Part shown: piece by piece, positions 38,756 through 47,770 of the stretch
Numbering within the stretch: position 1 is the first letter of the stretch
How the letters are laid out: the number at the start of each line of letters is the position of its first letter
Source of the DNA: Bacteroidota bacterium
GTDB lineage: Bacteria > Bacteroidota > Bacteroidia > Chitinophagales > Chitinophagaceae
DNA length: 64,000 nt
Direction of reading: 5' to 3'
Assembly (NCBI GenBank): GCA_039805245.1
Contig: JBDLUN010000144.1
Coordinates: forward strand, 162 to 64,161
Translations under genes and position numbers: made by a program
Notes under the pieces: generated by a model
Told to the model about the DNA's origin: nothing
Database searches by the model: none
Seen by the model: the letters and a program-made list of their open reading frames with translations, nothing else

Positions 38756-39658
38756 ATGGAAAGAATCATTTTCGGCGATAATCAATTTTTTGGCGTAAAT
38801 CATATATCTGACCAAAAATCCCGTGACCAATCCATCCGGTTCAGAAATGACATTTCCATTCTGGATACTTTGGATAAGGCTAGAGCATCGGGGGTGAACA
38901 CTTTCATGTGCACTACCCACGACCGTATGATCAGCATTTGCAAGTTGATGCGTGAATCAGGCGAAAAATACATGGATTATACCATTTATCCTTGCATACC
39001 CTATGCGCATAAGTATGCCAATGCTGTTACCGAGCTGGGCATGTCAGGTGCCATCAAACAGTTTCTGCCAGATAACATATTGGGATCAATATTGAAGGGC
39101 GGTACAGCCGTAATTACCAAGAACTATATTTCCATGATGGAGTTGATGATTGATGCCGAATTGAAAATGTTCAAGGGTTTGCACACGCCCAAAATATTTC
39201 TGCAAAATGTAATCACTGATCTGCTCCTTGGTTTGGGTATGGATAAGGTTTTTTTGGCTTTTGATGAATATGTTCGGAGGAAATACCATGCTGAACCAGG
39301 CTATATTACTATGAATCTGCCTGCCCTAAAAGCGTTTCTGAAAAAGGCGGGAATTCAAAATCCGCTGATTTGTACTTCAATCAATAAAGACGGCTTTCGC
39401 ATGTCTGGTGGCAAAAATCTATATGAAGCATCTATTGCCGCAGGCGATTGCAGGGTCATTGCTATGCAGGTTTTTTCTGGCGGCGCTTCCAGTCCTGCTG
39501 CTTCACTTGAATATGTATGTTCATTGCCAGGGGTTGAATCCATTTTATTTGGAGCTTCCTCCTCACAACATATTGAACAGACGGTTCAGTTGATCCACCA
39601 ATTTGATGCACCTCGAATTCAAAATGAACAAATACACCACATAAAAGCAGTTGTATGA
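38756..39658 (+). CDS. Conserved hypothetical protein, possibly aldo/keto-reductase-like TIM barrel
   Basis: 300-aa ORF tightly packed in the operon; IIFGDNQFFGVNH, FMCTTH and terminal SILFGASS. The fold assignment is inference. Confidence 0.7.
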   Translation: MERIIFGDNQFFGVNHISDQKSRDQSIRFRNDISILDTLDKARASGVNTFMCTTHDRMISICKLMRESGEKYMDYTIYPCIPYAHKYANAVTELGMSGAIKQFLPDNILGSILKGGTAVITKNYISMMELMIDAELKMFKGLHTPKIFLQNVITDLLLGLGMDKVFLAFDEYVRRKYHAEPGYITMNLPALKAFLKKAGIQNPLICTSINKDGFRMSGGKNLYEASIAAGDCRVIAMQVFSGGASSPAASLEYVCSLPGVESILFGASSSQHIEQTVQLIHQFDAPRIQNEQIHHIKAVV

Positions 39659-40782
39659 AAATAACACTTGTAGCAGGAGCCCGACCTAATTTCATGAAAA
39701 TTGCACCTTTGATCAGGGCCATAGAAGCGCGTCAGGCCAATGGATTTGATTTGCATTTCAGGCTAGTACATACCGGGCAGCATTTTGATACCGTAATGAG
39801 CAGTACTTTTTTTGAGCAGCTGGGTATTCCAACCCCTGATGTCAACCTTGGTGCTGGCGGCGGAAGCCAAGCAGAACAAACATCATCAGTCATGTTGGGT
39901 TTTGAACGGGAACTGCAGTTGTTCCCACCTGATCTGGTTATTGTTGTTGGCGATGTAACATCTACGATGGCTGCAACCATTACAGCCAAGAAATTGGGTA
40001 TTCCTGTAGCGCATGTGGAAGCAGGCATCCGTTCCGGTGATATGCAGATGCCGGAAGAAATCAACAGGATGGTAACAGATGCCATAACGGATGAGTTTTA
40101 TACTACTACAATTATGGCGGCCAACAACCTAAAGAACCTGCAAGTCAGTGCTGATCGGATTCATTTTGTTGGCAATACCATGATCGATACACTTTATCAC
40201 CATTTGGATGGTATCAAACAACCTGATTTTTGGGAGGATTTCGGCTTGTCTTCAGGCAATTACCTGCTGATAACCTTACACAGACCTTCCAATGTGGACG
40301 ATCCCGATAAATTGCAATCCATTTTAACTGTATTGGAACAGAGCTCCCGTGGTTTGCCCATGGTTTTTCCTGTTCATCCCAGAACGCAAAAAACAATTAC
40401 TGCCCTGTCAGATAACCATAAGTTGTTCAAACTCACCGGCCCACAAGGGTACCTTGAATTCATGTACCTGATCAAAAATGCACGAGGCGTGATAACCGAT
40501 TCTGGAGGCATAACGGAAGAGACAACTGTACTGAATATACCCTGCATCACCTTACGTGATTCTACAGAGCGACCAGAAACAGTTAGTTTGGGTACAAATG
40601 AGCTCGTAGGTGATGATCTTGTCAAATTACAAGACAGGCTTGATATCCTTTTGGCTGGGCAATGGAAAAAAGGGACTATTCCTGCCCTTTGGGACGGTAA
40701 AACTGCAGACAGGATCATCGATAAGATCTTAGAAAGACATGCTGTCCCTTTGCTTGTACCCATGGAAGCAGAATCCATGTAA
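39655..40782 (+). CDS. wecB: UDP-N-acetylglucosamine 2-epimerase (non-hydrolysing)
   Basis: GARPNFMK, HTGQH, GDVTST, HVEAG, PEEINR, TLHRPSN and TDSGGITEE. Confidence 0.92.
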   Translation: MKITLVAGARPNFMKIAPLIRAIEARQANGFDLHFRLVHTGQHFDTVMSSTFFEQLGIPTPDVNLGAGGGSQAEQTSSVMLGFERELQLFPPDLVIVVGDVTSTMAATITAKKLGIPVAHVEAGIRSGDMQMPEEINRMVTDAITDEFYTTTIMAANNLKNLQVSADRIHFVGNTMIDTLYHHLDGIKQPDFWEDFGLSSGNYLLITLHRPSNVDDPDKLQSILTVLEQSSRGLPMVFPVHPRTQKTITALSDNHKLFKLTGPQGYLEFMYLIKNARGVITDSGGITEETTVLNIPCITLRDSTERPETVSLGTNELVGDDLVKLQDRLDILLAGQWKKGTIPALWDGKTADRIIDKILERHAVPLLVPMEAESM

Positions 40783-40793
40783 ATGCTGTTTCA

Positions 40794-42182
40794 ATGAACC
40801 GAGAATTTGTAAAATCATTGCAGGTGTTGTTTGTTTTTCTGGATTTGCTGATGCTGAATCTGGCCATGTTGGGTGGTTACCTGTTCAACAGCCAATTGTT
40901 TTTAGCAGAAGATTATCCAGTTACCCTTCCCGCGCTGCTGGTCAATTGCTGCTGGGTTTTACCGTCATTATTATCAGCACTATATGCAGGGAATTCCATT
41001 TTGAAGTTTGAATTGTTTGCCAAAAAAACAGTTCAGACATACATGCTGCTGGCATTGTTCTTGATGATATATCTGCTTTTCTCACCTTTTGCCATCTCTT
41101 TTAGGCTCCTCGTTTTGGAGGTGTTGCTTTTGTTTCTTTCAGGGCTGGTGATGGTAAGGTTTCTATATTTCTGGTTGAAAAAGCAATTGGTGAAGCAAGA
41201 GGATCTGATCAACAGGGTTGTAATCTTGGGCTACAATGATACGGCAAAGAAACTGGCAGGTTACCTGGAAGAGGATGGCATCAATACGGAGCTGGTCGGA
41301 TTTTTTGCCAATCCCAATCAAATCCAGGAACTGACGCACTATCCGATATTGTCGGATGTTTCCAATGCTGTACAAACTGCCAGCGCTATGAATATCCAGG
41401 AAATATTTTCCACCATCTCACCGGAAGAGGATGCTTCAATATACCTGTTGATGCATGAATCGGAAAAAAAATGCATCCGATTTAAAGTGGTTCCAAGCCT
41501 GAGTTCATTCTTCAGCCGTCCCTTTCACATGGATTATATCAATGATCTGCCCATCCTCTCTCCCCATGCAGATCCTCTTGACGATTTGGGCAATAAAATC
41601 AAAAAAAGGGCTTTTGATGTGGCAGTCAGTTCACTGGTCATCATTTTTGTACTTTCCTGGTTGGTGCCCATTCTTTCGTTGTTGATTTTACTGGAATCAA
41701 AAGGGCCTGTTTTTTTTATGCAAATGCGAACTGGCATGAACGATAAGCCTTTCAGGTGTTTCAAATTCAGGAGTATGCGCACAACCCCGCAATCTGAACA
41801 TATTCAGGCTACGAGAAAAGATTCTAGGGTTACCCGAATCGGCGCATTCCTGCGCAAAACAAGCCTGGATGAGTTCCCACAGTTTTTCAATGTTTTCAAT
41901 GGGGATATGAGTATTGTGGGGCCGAGGCCACACATGCTGCAACATACCCATGAGTTTGCACAACTTGTTGATCATTACATGATCAGGCAACTGCTGAAGC
42001 CTGGTATAACCGGATGGGCCCAAGTGAATGGCTTTAGGGGGGAAATTACCCATCCGGACCAGTTGAGAATGCGGGTGTCAAACGACCTCTGGTATCTGGA
42101 AAACTGGAGCATATGGTTGGATCTGCGTATCGTTTTCCTGACCGCTTATGGTGTTGTCAAAGGGGATAAAAATGCCTATTGA
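40794..42182 (+). CDS. wcaJ: Undecaprenyl-phosphate glucose phosphotransferase (priming glycosyltransferase)
   Basis: Four N-terminal TM helices, CoA-binding-like domain, [26 protein letters not shown] and [12 protein letters not shown]. Confidence 0.92.
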   Translation: MNREFVKSLQVLFVFLDLLMLNLAMLGGYLFNSQLFLAEDYPVTLPALLVNCCWVLPSLLSALYAGNSILKFELFAKKTVQTYMLLALFLMIYLLFSPFAISFRLLVLEVLLLFLSGLVMVRFLYFWLKKQLVKQEDLINRVVILGYNDTAKKLAGYLEEDGINTELVGFFANPNQIQELTHYPILSDVSNAVQTASAMNIQEIFSTISPEEDASIYLLMHESEKKCIRFKVVPSLSSFFSRPFHMDYINDLPILSPHADPLDDLGNKIKKRAFDVAVSSLVIIFVLSWLVPILSLLILLESKGPVFFMQMRTGMNDKPFRCFKFRSMRTTPQSEHIQATRKDSRVTRIGAFLRKTSLDEFPQFFNVFNGDMSIVGPRPHMLQHTHEFAQLVDHYMIRQLLKPGITGWAQVNGFRGEITHPDQLRMRVSNDLWYLENWSIWLDLRIVFLTAYGVVKGDKNAY

Positions 42183-42187
42183 CTTTT

Positions 42188-44227
42188 TTATAATTTGACA
42201 ACCACCAATGATCTGACACCTGAACCAATCTTCACTTTCACATAATAACTCCCTGCTGGAAAATTATGGCCAAAAACATATTGTGAGTAAATATCCCCTT
42301 TGGTGGAATACATCCACAACCCTTGGGCATTGTACACATCGATGTAAACTGTATAAGGGCCATGTATTCTGCTGACCTGTAATTTGAAATAGTTGGTGGT
42401 TGGATTGGGCCAAATGCTCACCTTGAACCTCGGATTATAATAGTCGTTTGTGCTTTCTGCAAGGATGAGTGATTTGGTTGACATACAGCCATTGTAGTCT
42501 CTGATATTGAAGGTATAGTTTCCAGCTGTCAAATTGCTGAAGACAGGGTCTGCTTGATAGGCGCCCCCATTCACATTATAGCTATACGGAATGGTTCCTC
42601 CTGCAGCAGAAACGGTTACTGAAGTACTGCCACCCGCTGTGGTAATGCTGCCTGCTGTAATTGAGGCAGAAACGGCTTGTGGTTGTGTGAGTGTTACAGT
42701 AACGGAATCTCTGTTTCCTCCGGCATCACTTACAAAATAAACATGTTTGCCCGCTCCTGCTTTGAAAACGCCAGTACCGGTATAAGGACTGGTACCTCCT
42801 GTTGCTGAAACGGTAACCGATGTTGTTTCGCCAAAGCAATTGATGGTTCCACTGTTAGCTGATAAGACCATTGCTGTAGGCCTGACCGTATTAGCAGAGA
42901 CATATTCTATGATGCCGGCATCAGGATTTCCATTGATGGGCTGTCCTTTAAAATCGAGATTCAATCCCACTGGCACCCCGAAATTAATCGCTCTTGAACT
43001 ACTCAATGGGTCAAGGTTCCATGACCCTGGATCGCCGGAAACACTGGAGAAAAGACTCAACGTGCCATCCAGCAACTCCGAACTGTTCAGCGTGATTCCG
43101 AGTGTGCCAGAACTCATCCGGTAAATGTTGTTGGTATGGATCATCTGGCCGCTGTTGAACTTGCTGCTGGCCAGATTTACCCCTGATGATAACCAGAAGA
43201 TATTGTTTTTCAACACCACCAAACCGGCATTACCGGTACCAGCCATCCAAAAAAGACTTCCGGGCTTGGTGTATTGCTTCACAGTTTCTATGATGACATT
43301 ATTATAGTATTGAAGGTTTTTGACGGATACAGTAAAGGTTGATCCATTTTGGTACACCCCAATGATGCCGCAGTTGATGACTTTATTGTAGGCAATCAGG
43401 TTGTTTTCCGCCACCCCACCAGTGCTGCTCCCAATTTCCAGAAAACCATTGCAGTTGATGGCCGTGTTGTAGATGACCTGATTGTTGTTCATGGCAGCGC
43501 CAAAGAATTCAACAGCACCACCATCAAAACCATAGTCGTAACTGGATGCCCAGCATTCTTCAAAACGGTTTTTGGATATGATGTTGTTTGAACTGCCAAC
43601 AACCATTGGGTTGGCACCATAATCATCATCCGGGTTAATACTGGTAGGGGTGTTCCGTACCATGCGCAGGTTATGCATGTAGTTTCCGGTTATGGTGGTG
43701 TAATTGGAACCGGTAGTAACCGATATGCCTACGCCCACCAGTGAAATGTCGCAATTACTGATGGTGCAATAGGGTGAATTTGCAATATTGATTGCGTAAC
43801 TCACTTTTGCTTGTACCGCATGGTCTGTGGTGCTGATGGATCGGTCCGTGATTTTCAACCCATCAATGACTATATACTGTTTATTGCTGATGCTGATGAT
43901 ATCGGATATGGAATTGTTCATTTCGGGTAATTCACCTGTTCCATAGCTGGTGTACACAATGGGCTTACCTGCTGCTCCAGACCGCTGAATGCTGAATCTG
44001 CCTGAATATTGTTGCCCCTTTTTGAAGAATACAGTATCCCCAGGATTCAGGAGGGCGGTTCCTGCATTCATCTGACTGATTGTTTTCCAAGGATTGGCCA
44101 GTGTACCGTTAGTCGTTGCTGAAGTGGAAGAGGGGTCAACGTAATAGTTGGTTGCTGAAGCATCTGAAGGCGGAATTGCCCCTGATGCCAAGCATAGAAA
44201 GGCTGATTTGATGATAAAGTTTTTCAT
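42188..44227 (-). CDS. T9SS-secreted right-handed parallel beta-helix protein with SprB repeats
   Basis: YYVDP...NPWKTI...PGDTVFFKKG N-cap, Asn-rich I-x-x-N repeats, SprB-type TGGTSPYT/AGGTIPYSY...RDYNGC and CTD IWPNPT...AGSYYVKV. Confidence 0.85.
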   Translation of the reverse strand: MKNFIIKSAFLCLASGAIPPSDASATNYYVDPSSTSATTNGTLANPWKTISQMNAGTALLNPGDTVFFKKGQQYSGRFSIQRSGAAGKPIVYTSYGTGELPEMNNSISDIISISNKQYIVIDGLKITDRSISTTDHAVQAKVSYAINIANSPYCTISNCDISLVGVGISVTTGSNYTTITGNYMHNLRMVRNTPTSINPDDDYGANPMVVGSSNNIISKNRFEECWASSYDYGFDGGAVEFFGAAMNNNQVIYNTAINCNGFLEIGSSTGGVAENNLIAYNKVINCGIIGVYQNGSTFTVSVKNLQYYNNVIIETVKQYTKPGSLFWMAGTGNAGLVVLKNNIFWLSSGVNLASSKFNSGQMIHTNNIYRMSSGTLGITLNSSELLDGTLSLFSSVSGDPGSWNLDPLSSSRAINFGVPVGLNLDFKGQPINGNPDAGIIEYVSANTVRPTAMVLSANSGTINCFGETTSVTVSATGGTSPYTGTGVFKAGAGKHVYFVSDAGGNRDSVTVTLTQPQAVSASITAGSITTAGGSTSVTVSAAGGTIPYSYNVNGGAYQADPVFSNLTAGNYTFNIRDYNGCMSTKSLILAESTNDYYNPRFKVSIWPNPTTNYFKLQVSRIHGPYTVYIDVYNAQGLWMYSTKGDIYSQYVFGHNFPAGSYYVKVKIGSGVRSLVVVKL

Positions 44228-44338
44228 GTCATACAGGATTTGAATTAACAAAAAAGTTTGCTACCAAGATTGAAATTAACCTTGTTAATCAAAGGATTTT
44301 GCTAAAAGTCACCTTCCGGAATTTATTTCGAAAATGTT

Positions 44339-44397
44339 TATACCATATCGGGTATCAAGCCTGACAGGTCCTTATAAAATATACCCCATCGGGATGC
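44339..44397 (+). promoter_or_regulatory. Two copies of an imperfect palindromic operator upstream of the HTH gene
   Basis: TATACCATATCGGGTATC (44339-44356) and TATACCCCATCGGGATGC (44380-44397). Both approximate the palindrome TATACCCGATCGGGTATA and are 41 bp apart. Confidence 0.6.
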
Positions 44398-44399
44398 AT

Positions 44400-44618
44400 A
44401 TGAATATCTCCATCTTCGTCAGGCAACAACGAAAAATGCTCAAACTGACCCAGATTACCCTGGCATTGAAGTCTGGGGTCGGCTTGCGCTTTATCCGCGA
44501 TTTGGAGCAAGGAAAAAAAACCTTGCGTTTGGATAAGGTAAACCAGGTATTGCTATTTTTTGGATACCAAGCAGGGCCGGTAAAGTTGGAAGATAAAGAA
44601 CCACCTGAAAGTTGGTGA
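44400..44618 (+). CDS. XRE-family HTH regulator, HipB/y4mF-like antitoxin type (72 aa)
   Basis: VRQQRKMLKLTQ...LALKSGVGLRFIRDLEQGKKTLRLDKVNQVL. Confidence 0.88.
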   Translation: MNISIFVRQQRKMLKLTQITLALKSGVGLRFIRDLEQGKKTLRLDKVNQVLLFFGYQAGPVKLEDKEPPESW

Positions 44619-44720
44619 ATTACCAATTTAATTAGGTATAAATATCAGATTATCAATGGAGTACGGAATTTGGTTTTAGACAAAAATCGACTTATTCAAC
44701 TTTGGGTTTACTGTCGCGTA

Positions 44721-44756
44721 ACCTATTTTTCCACCTATTTCATCACCTATTACCCC
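44721..44756. repeat. Three tandem imperfect 12-bp units (ACCTATT-N5)
   Basis: acctatttttcc / acctatttcatc / acctattacccc. Confidence 0.75.
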
Positions 44757-44864
44757 ACATCTTATTAATAAATAAACGAATTTCAACTTATACATTATGC
44801 AGTGGTACCACCCAATATATTCGCCTATTGGCACCGCTGATTTATGAAACAGCACCCTAAAACT

Positions 44865-44892
44865 CAAAACCCATGGATATCCATGGGTTTTG
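44865..44892. terminator. Perfect 28-bp palindrome, likely a bidirectional intrinsic terminator
   Basis: CAAAACCCATGGATATCCATGGGTTTTG, followed by TTTTG on the + strand. Confidence 0.75.
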
Positions 44893-44893
44893 T

Positions 44894-44925
44894 TTTGTCA
44901 ACGCATTACAACGGGACTATCTTTG
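44894..44925 (+). promoter_or_regulatory. Bacteroidota housekeeping promoter of the M16 peptidase gene
   Basis: TTTG (44894-44897), 20-bp spacer, TATCTTTG (44918-44925), 18 bp before ATG 44944. Confidence 0.75.
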
Positions 44926-44943
44926 CAGCCTAAATCTGATTGC

Positions 44944-47766
44944 ATGAAAAAGTACGCGGTGCTGTTCATATCCCTGATTTTTCTTTTTTTAGCAGAGTTT
45001 TCCCTTGCCCAATTTAATCCAACATCCCCTTTGCCACAAGATGGCAAACTGGTCAAGGGCAAGTTAGGGAACGGACTGACCTATTATATCCGTGAAAACA
45101 AGAAGCCGGAAAAGAAATTGGAATTGCGACTGGTGGTGAAAGTGGGATCTATCATGGAGGATGATGACCAGCAGGGTTTGGCACACTTTGCGGAGCATAT
45201 GGCCTTCAATGGTACCCAAAATTTCAAAAAGAATGATATCGTTTCTTACCTGCAGGGTATTGGTGTTGAATTCGGTAACGACCTGAATGCCTATACCGGT
45301 TTTGATGAAACGGTTTATATCCTGCCCATTCCTGCTGATCAACCAGACAACTTGGAAAAGGGATTCCAGATCCTGGAAGACTGGGCACATCAGGTTTCAT
45401 ACAACACAGAAGATATCAACAGCGAACGTGGAGTCATCCTCGAAGAAAGCCGATTGGGAAAAAGCGGTGAGGAAAGGATGTTCAAAAAGGTTTACCCAGC
45501 CTTGTTTAAGGGTTCAAAGTATGCACAACGCTTACCTATTGGCAACGACAGCATCATCAAAAATTTTCAACCTGATGCCATCAGGCGTTTTTACAGCGAT
45601 TGGTATCGCCCTGAACTGATGGCTGTAGTGGTTGTAGGAGATCTGCCTGTTGACCGTGCCAAAGGGCTTATTGAAAAGCATTTTTCCGGACTGAAATCAC
45701 CAGCACAACCCAGAGCAAGAGATTATGCTGTCGTTCCACCTTATGCAGACAATACAGCCATGGTAGTAACTGATAAAGAAGCTACAGGCTTTGAGTTTGC
45801 AATCAATTATCCTGCAGTGTCTTACCAAAAGGCCACTACAGCAGGTGAATACCGCAAGGAATTGATCCATAACCTCTATACCTCCATGTTAGGCAGCCGT
45901 CTCCGGGAACTCACACAGCAGGAGAATCCGCCATTCGTATATGCCTATGCCGGTTTCGGCGGCTATGCCCGAAACTACCAGTCTTTCACCATCCAGGGTG
46001 GAACCGGTACCAATGACGTCAAGAAAGGTATTGATGCAGCACTCACGGCAGTGGAAAGTGTCAAGCGCTTTGGCTTTACTGCAGCTGAACTGGAAAGGGC
46101 CAAAAAGAATATCTTGAGCAGCTATGAACGCAGCTGGAACAACAGGGACAAAACAGAATCTGCGCAATATGCTGATGAATACATCAGGAATTTTACCGAA
46201 GGGGAGTCCATTCCCGGTATTGACACGGAATTTGAAATGGTCAAAACCATGTTGCCGGGTATTGCCATTGGGGAAGTCAATGCTGTTACAGATATTTTCA
46301 AGAACGAAAAAAACAGGTTCACCTACGTGATGGGTCCGGAAGGAAACGCCAACCTGCCTGCCACCCCGGCGATACTGGCTATGCTGGACAGCAAAGCTAC
46401 TGACCCCAACATCAAACCCTATGAGGAAAAAGCGGTAGCGGCCAGTTTGCTTAATACCATGCCCAAAGCAGGAAAAGTTGTTTCCAAATCTGCCAACACT
46501 GTTTTGGGTACCACCGAGTTGGTTTTATCCAATGGCATAAAGGTTTCCCTGAAAGCAACCGATTTCAAAAATGACCAGATTCTCTTTGCCGCTTCCAAGC
46601 CCGGTGGTTTGTCCAACTATGGCTTGGCCGACAAATACAACGCTGAAAATGCAGTGGGCATAATCTCCGCCATGGGTGTGGGTGCGTTCAGTCCAACCGA
46701 CCTCACCAAAGCCCTCGCCGGTAAGGTGAGCTCCTTGAGGCCTACCATCAGCAATTACACCTCCGGTTTTTCTGGCTCCAGCAGCAAAAAGGACCTGGAA
46801 GTACTTTTCCAGCTCCTTAACCTCTATGTTAGGGAACCCAGAAAAGACAGCGGACTCTATAATGCTGTTATCCAGCGCGGTAAGGCACAGGTTGCCATGT
46901 TGGGCGCCAATCCACAAGTGGCATTCATTGATACACTGAACCAAGTCATGTACAACGCCAATCCGCTTGCTCCAACGGCTGTTCCCAAGACAGCCCATTT
47001 TGAAAAAATCGACCTTAATAGGAGTATGGCTGTCTATAAGGAATTGTTAGGCGATTTGGGTGGCATGCACATCAGTATCGTAGGCAGTTTCGATGAGCGG
47101 GAAGTGGTAGCCCTGCTGGAAAAATATGTAGCAGGTTTGCCTGCTGTTTCCAAGCCGGTAGCAGTAGACAATAAAGTGCGTATTGCCAAAGGCCAACAGA
47201 CTTTCAGGGTCAAAAAAGGGAAAGAAGATAAGAGCCTGATCGTGGGGGTTTTTGCCGGGGATATCCCCTACAGTGAGGCTTTAGCGCTGCAATTGAATGG
47301 TTTGAGTGATGCATTGAACATCATCATCACAGAGGAAATGCGTGAGAAAATACAGGGTATCTATGGGGGTGGCACCAATGCCGGTGTTAATAAAACGCCA
47401 TACGGCGCCTTCCAAATGATCCTGCAATTGCCTTGTGGACCGGCTAAAGTAGATACACTGATTGCATCATTCAACCATGAACTCGGCCGCATTGCTGCCA
47501 AGGGGATTGACCAGTCTTATGTCGACAAAGTCAAAAAAGCATGGGTTGAAAAATACAAAGTAGACAGCAAAACGAATGCCTACTGGCTTGCTGCCCTGCA
47601 GGATGTTGCCCGGGGCGAAAGGTCTGCCGACAGGATTGTAAACGCTGAAAAGTATTACGATGCACTGAGTTTGCAGGATTTGAGCGATGCCGCCAAACTG
47701 ATCAGCAAAGCCTCCTCCCGTATCATTGCCATACAGATGCCTGAAACTACAACTGCAGCCAAATGA
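44944..47766 (+). CDS. M16 family zinc peptidase (PqqL/insulinase-like)
   Basis: Signal peptide, inverted zinc motif HFAEH, NAYTGFDETVY, ERGVILEE, WYRPE and a duplicated M16 domain (LSNGIKV). Confidence 0.93.
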   Translation: MKKYAVLFISLIFLFLAEFSLAQFNPTSPLPQDGKLVKGKLGNGLTYYIRENKKPEKKLELRLVVKVGSIMEDDDQQGLAHFAEHMAFNGTQNFKKNDIVSYLQGIGVEFGNDLNAYTGFDETVYILPIPADQPDNLEKGFQILEDWAHQVSYNTEDINSERGVILEESRLGKSGEERMFKKVYPALFKGSKYAQRLPIGNDSIIKNFQPDAIRRFYSDWYRPELMAVVVVGDLPVDRAKGLIEKHFSGLKSPAQPRARDYAVVPPYADNTAMVVTDKEATGFEFAINYPAVSYQKATTAGEYRKELIHNLYTSMLGSRLRELTQQENPPFVYAYAGFGGYARNYQSFTIQGGTGTNDVKKGIDAALTAVESVKRFGFTAAELERAKKNILSSYERSWNNRDKTESAQYADEYIRNFTEGESIPGIDTEFEMVKTMLPGIAIGEVNAVTDIFKNEKNRFTYVMGPEGNANLPATPAILAMLDSKATDPNIKPYEEKAVAASLLNTMPKAGKVVSKSANTVLGTTELVLSNGIKVSLKATDFKNDQILFAASKPGGLSNYGLADKYNAENAVGIISAMGVGAFSPTDLTKALAGKVSSLRPTISNYTSGFSGSSSKKDLEVLFQLLNLYVREPRKDSGLYNAVIQRGKAQVAMLGANPQVAFIDTLNQVMYNANPLAPTAVPKTAHFEKIDLNRSMAVYKELLGDLGGMHISIVGSFDEREVVALLEKYVAGLPAVSKPVAVDNKVRIAKGQQTFRVKKGKEDKSLIVGVFAGDIPYSEALALQLNGLSDALNIIITEEMREKIQGIYGGGTNAGVNKTPYGAFQMILQLPCGPAKVDTLIASFNHELGRIAAKGIDQSYVDKVKKAWVEKYKVDSKTNAYWLAALQDVARGERSADRIVNAEKYYDALSLQDLSDAAKLISKASSRIIAIQMPETTTAAK

Positions 47767-47770
47767 TGCC

